Of a DNA stretch of 64,000 nucleotides, positions 26,541-34,899 are shown one piece after another (positions within the stretch are counted from its first letter, which is position 1; each line of letters starts with the position of its first letter). The notes under the pieces are model-generated. The model did no database searches. It was not told the origin of the DNA and saw nothing but the letters and a program-made list of their open reading frames with translations. The DNA comes from a virus (Duplodnaviria; Caudoviricetes): IMG/VR virus record IMGVR_UViG_3300033066_000592, positions 1 through 64,000 of that record. The stretch is one strand, 5' to 3'. Both the position numbers and the translations under genes were made by a program.

Positions 26541-29500
26541 ATGGTGATGGTAGCGATTAAGCCACCGAGGCGCGTACGCAGATGGCTAGAGCGACTTGAT
26601 GCGCCTGGCGCAGTGGATGCCGAGAGCTACCACGTCACGTTGTTGCACATCAAAGGCGCTGACCTGTCGAAAGCTGGCTTTGCCGCTCTGTGCGAAGCCG
26701 TCGCCACGACTTGTCGGACGCACAAGCACTTCGCAGCCAAGATCGGCGGCTTCGGTTATTTCCAGAACAGTCAGCCGAAGCCCTGTGTGTGGGCTTCTGT
26801 CGATTCTGTCGCTCTCACAGACGTGCGAAACAGCGTCCTTGCGCATCTCAAGGGCAGCGATGTCAAGGTCTCAGACGAGCACGGATTCACGCCGCACATG
26901 ACGCTCGGTTACACAGAGCATGCGCGCAAGTGGAAGCCTGATCATGTGAAGCGCATGCCCGAGTGGACTGCGAAATCTCTGTACGTCGTGAAAGACGACG
27001 TCTGGACCCGCATGCCTCTGACAGAACCCGTGGACGATCGTATGCGTCTTGTGCCGACGTTTGAGTCAGGCTACCGCGACCTTGAAAAGCTATGGACCTG
27101 GCACAAGTCGCTCGTCGTCGTGAATGAATCCCTAGAGAAAGGCCGCAAGAAGGGCGGACAAAACAAGACGCGCCGATACTTGCTGCGCATCGAGATGCCC
27201 GGTGGTTCACCGGGCAAGCCGAACTACCGCTACGTCTATCCAGATAAAGACGACGTCGTCAGCTTCGATCCAAAGACGGGCTTCAAACTCAAGCCAGGTC
27301 GCAGCATTGCCAAGATCGTCAACGAGAAGCTGTTCGGCGACTACGGCGTAGACTCGCGCACGGGCGATCCCTACGTGAAAGAGGGCCTGTTTTACGCATA
27401 CGAGCCACGTGTCAGCACGTCGTACATGAAGCGCGCGTACGGTGAGCCGATTGCCACGGAGACGCTGAACAAGGTTCGGTTCTTCAAGTACAAGAAGGTT
27501 CACGGCTACACGGACGTCGACCTGGGCCCTGGCGTGGCCGCGTCAGGCTACCGGCTGCCACAGAAGCTGACGCAGCTTCAGATGACCGCTGACGAAGCGG
27601 CGGCGGCTCCGGGAAATCTCGCCGCAGAAGGCGCCGTCATCCTCAAACCAGAGGAGTTTGAAGAGAAGCGACCGTCGCCGTCTCACGACGTGGCACCTGT
27701 CGGCGAGAAGTCGATCGTCGTCGTACCAGAACAGACTCCTCTGTCGAAGTTGAACCTGGCTGAGCCGCTTCCTGACGACGTGGACCCGCTTCAGTACGCG
27801 GTGTCAGCAATCGAAGGCACGCGGCCTGGCCCTGGCAAAGCCGTTGTACGCCCGTTCAAGCAGTGGATGATCGACAAGTTCGGCAGCGAGTCAGGCTTGG
27901 TACAAGAGCTTGGCAATCGGCCGGCTACGACGTTGGTGACGCTCGGGCGTTTCAAGCCGACGCAGAAGAAAGTCCTCGCACGGCTCGAAGAAGAGTGGCG
28001 CGGCGTGATTCGGGGCATCGCCAAGCGTGCTGTGTCGGCGTATCGCGTGAGCAACGCATATCTTGCGGCCAAGGCATCAGATCAGGCCGCTGGCGTGCCG
28101 TACGAGAGTCAGAGTTCAGCAGCGCGCGGCTATATGCGTGAAGTCTTCAAAGAGGCCACGCAGCACGGCAGTGAGCAGCTGCTGCGCCTCGCTCGCCAGT
28201 ATGAGCCCACGGTTCATCACGATGATCGTTTCGACAAGTGGCTGTACGGCGCACTAGAGACGCAGATCGCGCGACACACCAAGCAAGAAGTCGAGCAGAG
28301 CAGCGGTGGCGGTGGAACGATCGAGCCGATCGTCAGCGGCGACATCGAAGAGGCCGCACGACGTACAGCGCAGCAGGTTGACCTGCAGCCTGACGAAGCC
28401 TATGAGCTGAAAGAGGCTGGTCATGACCAGCTGTCAGGCGACGAACTGACGACGTTGTCGACTGTGACAGGCCCTGCGAAAGCGACACTGCTGCGCACGC
28501 TGCACTCGCCTGAGATGCCGCAAGCGTACAGACGAGTGCTGGCTGCGCGCCTGTGGCTCGATTCGCCTGAGTCAAGCGCCGCTGAGGAGCAGGCCATCGC
28601 CAAGCGGTCTGACAAAGGTGTGAAAGGGCCGCAGAGTTTCGAGCGCAACTACACAGGCAAGAACGGTATCGCGTCGCGCTACAAGACGTGGATAGACCCA
28701 AAGACAGGCAAGCTTGTAGACGTGTCGAAGCTGAATCAGAGCCGACAAGCCGCCCTGTTGTCGAGCTGGTACGAAGCGGCTAAAGCGCATGTATTTCGGC
28801 AGCTGAGCGTACCGATGGCCGAGGCTCGCGCCACGATGCCAGACGTGCATCCGAGCGGCCTCTATCAGAATCCGAAGCGTGTGCCGTTCACAGAGCAGCA
28901 GATCGCCGACAAGCTGCATTCAGTCGGCCATGGCACAGCTGAAGATGCCGCAGACTTGCTGGTGGACGCCGCGCTTGGTGGCGGTATGCGCGTGCTGACG
29001 CGCGAAGGCGCGATGGTCAAGCGTTGGCTGGAGCTAGAGACGAAGCTGGCGCGTGGCAATCGTCGACTGTTCTCAGAGCGCACGCAGCATCCGATTGCAC
29101 AGGAGTCGCTGTCTGGGCCCGTGCCCGCACGTCCCGCGAAAATCGTCGTCATGCCTGAGAAGCCTGTGCTGGATAAGCACGGCGAGTGGCAGTCGCTACC
29201 TGTACATCCGACGCAGCGCTCAGCGCATCCGGCGATCGACTTCTTCTCGTCGACACCGAACCAGCAGCTTGCGCAACGGCTGGGCATCAATCTGCGACAC
29301 ATCAGTGGTCCAGAGACGGCCAGTGGTGTCTACGCGCATCAGAACGTCAGCATGGGCACCGCCGCGGAGCACACGCTTGCTGCTGCCAAGCTGGCACACG
29401 CGAAGCTGCTCAAGATGCAAGCACTCAAGCCTGCGCGTCTGCACGAAAAGCTAAAGCGCGCTCAGGCCGACGCAGATGCTCTAGACAAGCTAGGGTTGAG

Positions 29501-30296
29501 CCGCACGTCAGCAGGCATGACGTGGAACGAAGCCGGTCAGATCGGCAAGTTCTACAATGCTGTGCGTGCGCTGCACGCAGCTACGAACACGATCAAGCAA
29601 AAGCAGGCGAAGGTCCGTCTCGCCAAGAAGGCGTATCGCAAAGAGGCTGGCAAGGTCAGCATCGCGGCCAAGAATCCGTTCGACCGAAAGAAGGACAAGC
29701 TCGCGCATTCGGTCATGCGACATATCCTCGCTGTGAAACCGACGAGTACGCAGGAACTTGACCAGGCTGTGATGAACTGGATCGACGAGACGCACGACGT
29801 CGAGAGCAAGTCTGCACGGCGGACGTTTTTCAATGCCGTGAAAGAGCATCTACGCAACGAGAAAGCCGTCAGCAGTGGTGGCGACTTGGCGAAGCATGAA
29901 GCCGAGCTGAAGAGTCACGCGCCGACTGCACAGGAAATAGCAGCGCACAAGGCCGCAGCTGATCACGCAGCGAAAGCTGGAGCTGCTCTTAGCGCCGTGA
30001 AAGTCGCAGGCAAACCGTTCGGTAAGGAAGTCGTGATGCGCTACATCAGCAGCAAGAATCCGGCTGAGGTTCATGACGAGGTGCGTGCTTCGCTTCAGAA
30101 TCTTGCATCAAGCGTACATACCGACAAAGAGCTTGCCGAGTTCGAGCTGAACCGTCGCAAGACGGCCGGCAACACGCTCGTCAAGTCGATGGCTGAGGCT
30201 TCGTTCGAGAGCTTCGGTGCAGCGATCGATGCGTTTGATTTCGCGCTTACGATGACCGATTCTGCACGTATGGCTGCCGAAACGGTCGTGGTGTGA
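26541..30296 (+). CDS. polyvalent protein: N-terminal 2H phosphoesterase, central sigma70-like region, C-terminal shared helical module
   Basis: AGGAG RBS before ATG 26541; YHVTL and PHMTL HxT motifs. Confidence 0.75.
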   Translation: MVMVAIKPPRRVRRWLERLDAPGAVDAESYHVTLLHIKGADLSKAGFAALCEAVATTCRTHKHFAAKIGGFGYFQNSQPKPCVWASVDSVALTDVRNSVLAHLKGSDVKVSDEHGFTPHMTLGYTEHARKWKPDHVKRMPEWTAKSLYVVKDDVWTRMPLTEPVDDRMRLVPTFESGYRDLEKLWTWHKSLVVVNESLEKGRKKGGQNKTRRYLLRIEMPGGSPGKPNYRYVYPDKDDVVSFDPKTGFKLKPGRSIAKIVNEKLFGDYGVDSRTGDPYVKEGLFYAYEPRVSTSYMKRAYGEPIATETLNKVRFFKYKKVHGYTDVDLGPGVAASGYRLPQKLTQLQMTADEAAAAPGNLAAEGAVILKPEEFEEKRPSPSHDVAPVGEKSIVVVPEQTPLSKLNLAEPLPDDVDPLQYAVSAIEGTRPGPGKAVVRPFKQWMIDKFGSESGLVQELGNRPATTLVTLGRFKPTQKKVLARLEEEWRGVIRGIAKRAVSAYRVSNAYLAAKASDQAAGVPYESQSSAARGYMREVFKEATQHGSEQLLRLARQYEPTVHHDDRFDKWLYGALETQIARHTKQEVEQSSGGGGTIEPIVSGDIEEAARRTAQQVDLQPDEAYELKEAGHDQLSGDELTTLSTVTGPAKATLLRTLHSPEMPQAYRRVLAARLWLDSPESSAAEEQAIAKRSDKGVKGPQSFERNYTGKNGIASRYKTWIDPKTGKLVDVSKLNQSRQAALLSSWYEAAKAHVFRQLSVPMAEARATMPDVHPSGLYQNPKRVPFTEQQIADKLHSVGHGTAEDAADLLVDAALGGGMRVLTREGAMVKRWLELETKLARGNRRLFSERTQHPIAQESLSGPVPARPAKIVVMPEKPVLDKHGEWQSLPVHPTQRSAHPAIDFFSSTPNQQLAQRLGINLRHISGPETASGVYAHQNVSMGTAAEHTLAAAKLAHAKLLKMQALKPARLHEKLKRAQADADALDKLGLSRTSAGMTWNEAGQIGKFYNAVRALHAATNTIKQKQAKVRLAKKAYRKEAGKVSIAAKNPFDRKKDKLAHSVMRHILAVKPTSTQELDQAVMNWIDETHDVESKSARRTFFNAVKEHLRNEKAVSSGGDLAKHEAELKSHAPTAQEIAAHKAAADHAAKAGAALSAVKVAGKPFGKEVVMRYISSKNPAEVHDEVRASLQNLASSVHTDKELAEFELNRRKTAGNTLVKSMAEASFESFGAAIDAFDFALTMTDSARMAAETVVV

Positions 30297-30297
30297 C

Positions 30298-32484
30298 GTG
30301 CATCTGCATTACGAGGACATCAGAGCTGACCTTGCGTACCTGAGCCCGTTTCCTGTGGAAGCGGCTAGCGTGCGCAAGGTCGTACAGGGTTATGAAGGCG
30401 TGTTGTACAGCGCCGGCCGTGCCTATATGTACACGCTGAACGGTCGGGGACTTCGCTTCGTAGGCGTGCCTGATGAAGCCGCAGACGACGCTGCGCGAGC
30501 GCACGATCTGTCGATGGACGCAGAGCGCGCGTTGTCGCTGGCCGAGAATCGTCGTGTGTCAGCGGCTGAGGCCAGCGAAGCCGTACAGATGAACGGCGCT
30601 ACTGTCGGCCAGGTGCTGATCGTCAAGGCGAGTCCAGGCGCGCACCACGCAGGTTACATGCGGCGTGATCCACGCACAGGTAAGTTGGAGCAGGTGTCGC
30701 CGCTTGGTTACACGCCAGAGAAGCCACCGCCGCGCGAGACGAAGCATTATGCGGCAGTGAGCGTGAATGCGGATGTCGAGCTGGAGTCTGACGACGAGCT
30801 TGGGCATCAACTGCTCGCGCATCTCATCAAGCGACAGCCCAAGAATGAAAAGCAGCTTGCCGCCGCTGTCGAGAGCTTCGTTGACGACAGTTTCGACATC
30901 GAGAACGCAGCTGCTCGTAAGAAGTGGCTGAAAACGATTCACAGCTATCTGACGGAAAACGGAATCACAGAGACGGCAGACGCCAATGACGAGGAAGCCG
31001 AAGGTGATGCCGAGCAGGATGCGTGGAGCAGTCGCAAGGCACAGGCAAAGCTTCAGATTCCTGTCACGTTCAAACCACGTGGCACCAAGCTGCTTGTGAA
31101 TGGGCAGCCCGTCTCTGTATCGGCCGATGTCGAGCAGGCGTGCTATGCGTACGCCAAGCGCTTCCTCGTCAAGGGCGGTACCGTCAAAGACCAGGCGCGC
31201 TTCGTCAAGAACTTCGAGTCGAGCTTGCGCAAGCTCGGCGTGCCCAAAGGTGACATTGGCTATAAGCACTTCGTTGTTCAAGCGAAGAAAGACCTCGCGG
31301 CGCCTGTCAGCAAGAAGGGTCCGAAGGACGAGAGCCCGCAAGCACGGCCTGACCTGTACGTGAAGCAAGACGGCGTTATGACGCGCGTGATTGCTGCAAC
31401 GCTTCCGACAGGTGGCTTCTACACGGGCAAGAAGGGCTACGGCACGTGGGTTCCTCCTGTACGTGAAGAAGACCTTGTGCTCAACGTGTCGCCAGGCGGA
31501 GCGCCAGCAGGTTGGCGTGGTAAGGTCATCAACGATCCGTCGAAAGATTTCTACCTGACATGGGAACACCCTGTCGCCAAGAAGCGCGGTTACGTCTACA
31601 TGAGCCGCAAGCAGGCGGATCTGGAGAAGTTTTTTGCCTGCACAGTGCTCAGCAAGAAGTTGCAAGACATCTCCGACGATGTGTTCAAGGACATCACGAG
31701 CAAGAGCACACCGTCAGCCACCAAGGCCGCGGCGTTGTGCGTGATGCTCATAGATCAGCATCACTTCCGTGTGGGCAACGAGACGTTCGCCAAGCAAGGC
31801 ACGTACGGTGTTGCGTCGTTTCGTGCCAAGCACGTGAAGATCGACGGCACGAAGGTTACGTTTGAGTTCGTTGCCAAGAAGCAAGAGCCGTGGAAGCGCG
31901 AAGTCGACTTCGCTGGTATGCCGTCAGCTCTCGCATTCCTGAAGACGTGCATGAAGGGCAAGAAGCCTGACGATCGGCTCTGGTCTGGCACTGACTGGTC
32001 TGCATCGTCGAAAGACGTGAACGAATATCTGGCGCCGTACTCAGCTGATGGCGTCAAGATCACGGCGAAGTCATTGCGCACGTACCATGCGAATCGGCAC
32101 ATGACGGGCTACCTGCGCAAGCTGGAAGAGGCGCAGACGGCCTACAAGCTCACCGATGTCGAGGTGCGCAAGCTGTACAAGGGCGTCAAGCTCAAAGGCA
32201 AAGACGCCGCGCTGCTCACGCGCAAAGCCAAGAAAGACGGACCGAAGCTGTCGGACTTCTTGGGCTTCGTGCCGTATGTCGGCGCCAAGGGCAAGGGCAG
32301 CGCCATGACGGGCGTGCTGCCGTCTGTGGCAGCAAAGATGGGCCACACGACGGGTGCCTGCCGGAATAACTATATCGATCCTGTCGTGGTGACACGGTTC
32401 GCTGTACTGCACGGCTGGGACGATCGAACACCAAAAGAGCGCAAGTCTCGTGAAGACCTGCCAGGGTATGAGCCCGATGCGTGA
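30298..32484 (+). CDS. DNA topoisomerase IB with long N-terminal extension
   Basis: FRVGNE..TYG, FEFVAKK, KSLRTY, KMGHT..ACRNNYIDP: the R-K-R-H-Y catalytic set. Confidence 0.88.
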   Translation: MHLHYEDIRADLAYLSPFPVEAASVRKVVQGYEGVLYSAGRAYMYTLNGRGLRFVGVPDEAADDAARAHDLSMDAERALSLAENRRVSAAEASEAVQMNGATVGQVLIVKASPGAHHAGYMRRDPRTGKLEQVSPLGYTPEKPPPRETKHYAAVSVNADVELESDDELGHQLLAHLIKRQPKNEKQLAAAVESFVDDSFDIENAAARKKWLKTIHSYLTENGITETADANDEEAEGDAEQDAWSSRKAQAKLQIPVTFKPRGTKLLVNGQPVSVSADVEQACYAYAKRFLVKGGTVKDQARFVKNFESSLRKLGVPKGDIGYKHFVVQAKKDLAAPVSKKGPKDESPQARPDLYVKQDGVMTRVIAATLPTGGFYTGKKGYGTWVPPVREEDLVLNVSPGGAPAGWRGKVINDPSKDFYLTWEHPVAKKRGYVYMSRKQADLEKFFACTVLSKKLQDISDDVFKDITSKSTPSATKAAALCVMLIDQHHFRVGNETFAKQGTYGVASFRAKHVKIDGTKVTFEFVAKKQEPWKREVDFAGMPSALAFLKTCMKGKKPDDRLWSGTDWSASSKDVNEYLAPYSADGVKITAKSLRTYHANRHMTGYLRKLEEAQTAYKLTDVEVRKLYKGVKLKGKDAALLTRKAKKDGPKLSDFLGFVPYVGAKGKGSAMTGVLPSVAAKMGHTTGACRNNYIDPVVVTRFAVLHGWDDRTPKERKSREDLPGYEPDA

Positions 32485-33811
32485 CGACTACACGAAATAT
32501 TTTCTGAGCCGCGTAGACGGCAGTGAAGACGCCTACAACGGCTACCTACAAGCGCCTGGTGACGACTTGGTGTTTGTGGCCGAGCGGCACGGCCGAGAAG
32601 ACGTCGTGACGAAATCGACGGTGCTGATGAAGGCCGAGAAGTATAAGGTGTTGGGAGTAGCATTTGGCTATGCGAAGCACATTTCCTATCAGCGTCTAGA
32701 TCCCCGCACTGGAAAGATGGTGCAGGTGAAAGGCGGTCGTGATACGCCGATAGGAAAGACGTCGCTGACACCGCACCACTTCGACATTACGGTGCAGAAG
32801 AAGCATGGTCTCAGTGACGATGAGACGGCGATGGCCGTACTTCGCTACGTCGCGCAGAAGAAAGTCCGCACAGAAGGCGAGCTGCACGAGGCTGTGCAGG
32901 AGTTCGTGGAGAAAAATTACGACTCCGAAAGCTCAGAAGCTCGGGGCAAATGGGTGAGCACGATTCTGAAAGCCCTGTTTCACCACAAGGCTGTACAGGT
33001 CACGCATCCAGGTGACGACATTGCGTACGGCAATATGCGCGTGCGTGATATGGCCATGGTGAGCCAGTGGGTACAGGGCTCCAACAACACCGTCGGTTCT
33101 GTCAGGCTCCGTGTCGGTGTTGCGAAACTGTTTAAGCAGGATATCGAGCGCGTCACGGAACGCGCTCGAAAGAATTCATCTGACAAGAAACGTTTTGAGC
33201 GCATGTTGGCTGACGCCAAGGCCGACAAAGACCTCGTCGCTTCTGTGGAGCGCGTAGCGGCGCTGTCACAGTCTGCTTACAAGGGTCAAAAGACGGTCGT
33301 GCTGCATCGCGCTATCAGCAAGGAACAAACAGCTGAGATTCGGAAACAGCTAAAGCTGAAGCCCGGTGTGACTGCACGTGGGAAGGTCATTACGATACCC
33401 GTCGATAACGTGACGTCGTTGTCAGAGAATGCTGCTGCGGCACATTCGGCGTTCGCCGGTTTTGACGGCATGACTGTACGGGTCGAGGTACCCGTGTCTG
33501 CCATCGTGATGTCGTATCGGGCAATGCCGTCCACGATGTCGCTAAGCGGCGACACTGAGTGGGAGGTAGTTGTCGCTACGCCAGGTAAGCTTCATGCTAC
33601 GATCGTAGCCGACAGATATCTTGGTGAGAATTCGTTACCGGAAGCTCCTATTAAATACCAAAAATCTTCTTTACGGGCTTTGGCTGAAAAAGAACGTGCA
33701 CGTTTTGAATCTAGGTACACAAAATTAAATCCCAAGCAGCACAGTATCTACAGCACCTATTGGAAAAAAACGCCTGCGGAATTCCTGCTCGAAGAAGATG
33801 TGTTTTCATGA
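32477..33811 (+). CDS. putative ADP-ribosyltransferase (R-S-E class) with shared N-terminal module
   Basis: VLHRA...VTSLSEN...VEVPVSAIV...EWEVVV. Confidence 0.6.
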   Translation: MRDDYTKYFLSRVDGSEDAYNGYLQAPGDDLVFVAERHGREDVVTKSTVLMKAEKYKVLGVAFGYAKHISYQRLDPRTGKMVQVKGGRDTPIGKTSLTPHHFDITVQKKHGLSDDETAMAVLRYVAQKKVRTEGELHEAVQEFVEKNYDSESSEARGKWVSTILKALFHHKAVQVTHPGDDIAYGNMRVRDMAMVSQWVQGSNNTVGSVRLRVGVAKLFKQDIERVTERARKNSSDKKRFERMLADAKADKDLVASVERVAALSQSAYKGQKTVVLHRAISKEQTAEIRKQLKLKPGVTARGKVITIPVDNVTSLSENAAAAHSAFAGFDGMTVRVEVPVSAIVMSYRAMPSTMSLSGDTEWEVVVATPGKLHATIVADRYLGENSLPEAPIKYQKSSLRALAEKERARFESRYTKLNPKQHSIYSTYWKKTPAEFLLEEDVFS

Positions 33812-34329
33812 AAACAAAGCCCATAGCGCTCACAGTAGACATCGACGCAAACGGTGGTAACGAATGGCTGCACGAGATTCGTCGCAGGCGCGCGGCGCAA
33901 CAGCGCATGCAGAAGGCGCTACCCCAACCGCAAGCCGAGAAGCCGGCCAAGCAGCTTGAGCCTGCGAACAAGCACCAGGGCACCAAGGCTGCGAAAGTCG
34001 CGGCCAAAGGCAGCGGTCGGCCTCGCTACACCTACCCGACCGAGAAGAAGTCGGCACAGGCTGTGGCAGCCAAGCAGGAAGCTGTGATGGTCGCACCTGA
34101 TGGCGTCGATCCACAAGCATTTGCCACCAAGCTGGGCCTGTCCCTGTCGACGCTCAAAGGCACCGTACAGGAGTTTGTGAGCGAGCCGAAGATGGGTGGC
34201 CGTGAGGGCTTCGCCAAGTTCATGCGCAGCACCGTAGGTAAAGCGTTCATGACGCGCAACGGCGTGGGTGACGACTACTTCGGCAAGCTGTACGATGTGT
34301 TCACGAAACCCCCACAGCAGGAGAACTGA
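33808..34329 (+). CDS. basic head-region hypothetical protein
   Basis: ATGA coupling; MQKA site followed by GRPRYTYP. Confidence 0.65.
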   Translation: MKTKPIALTVDIDANGGNEWLHEIRRRRAAQQRMQKALPQPQAEKPAKQLEPANKHQGTKAAKVAAKGSGRPRYTYPTEKKSAQAVAAKQEAVMVAPDGVDPQAFATKLGLSLSTLKGTVQEFVSEPKMGGREGFAKFMRSTVGKAFMTRNGVGDDYFGKLYDVFTKPPQQEN

Positions 34330-34330
34330 G

Positions 34331-34843
34331 ATGCCGATGCAGACACCGACCATTGCAGAACGCATGAGTGCCGCCCTTCACGACGATGACGATGCCATCG
34401 AAAAGGGCGGCGCCGACAAGCTGAAGGTGAACAAGGTGCCGTTTCCGCACAAGAAGCGCACGGGCCCCACAACGGTGCGGCCTGGCGGCAATGTGCCGAA
34501 GCACGGCAACACGCCGGCCCAGCTTAAGGGTAAGATCAAGAAAGGCGACGAGGCCGAAGGCGTCGATGAGACCGACGGCAGCGTGCTGACGCCGCCCGAA
34601 GGCGTTGTCGAGAAGGGCAAGGGCGCGTCCTGCAAGAGCTGCGGCAAGTATGGCGCGCTGTGCAAGTGTGAGGGCAGCATGCAAAAAGGCGAGGACACCG
34701 AAGACAAGCCGGCGCGTGTCGGAGCTTCGGATTTCGTCAAGAGCATGCACGGCATGACCGACGATGACATCGCCCGCGCCGCGCAGTCCGGTATCCTCGG
34801 TCTTGGCGGCACGCCGGCCTCGCTGGGCTTCCCCTCCGCGTAG
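34331..34843 (+). CDS. head-region protein with multiple hydrophobic-x-K-G/S sites
   Basis: IEKG, IKKG, VEKG, MQKG, FVKS; CKSC..CKC. Confidence 0.65.
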   Translation: MPMQTPTIAERMSAALHDDDDAIEKGGADKLKVNKVPFPHKKRTGPTTVRPGGNVPKHGNTPAQLKGKIKKGDEAEGVDETDGSVLTPPEGVVEKGKGASCKSCGKYGALCKCEGSMQKGEDTEDKPARVGASDFVKSMHGMTDDDIARAAQSGILGLGGTPASLGFPSA

Positions 34844-34899
34844 TACCCCTCGCTTCTGTTGCCTAGAGCCGTTCTGGCTCGACTATACTGCCCCACATA

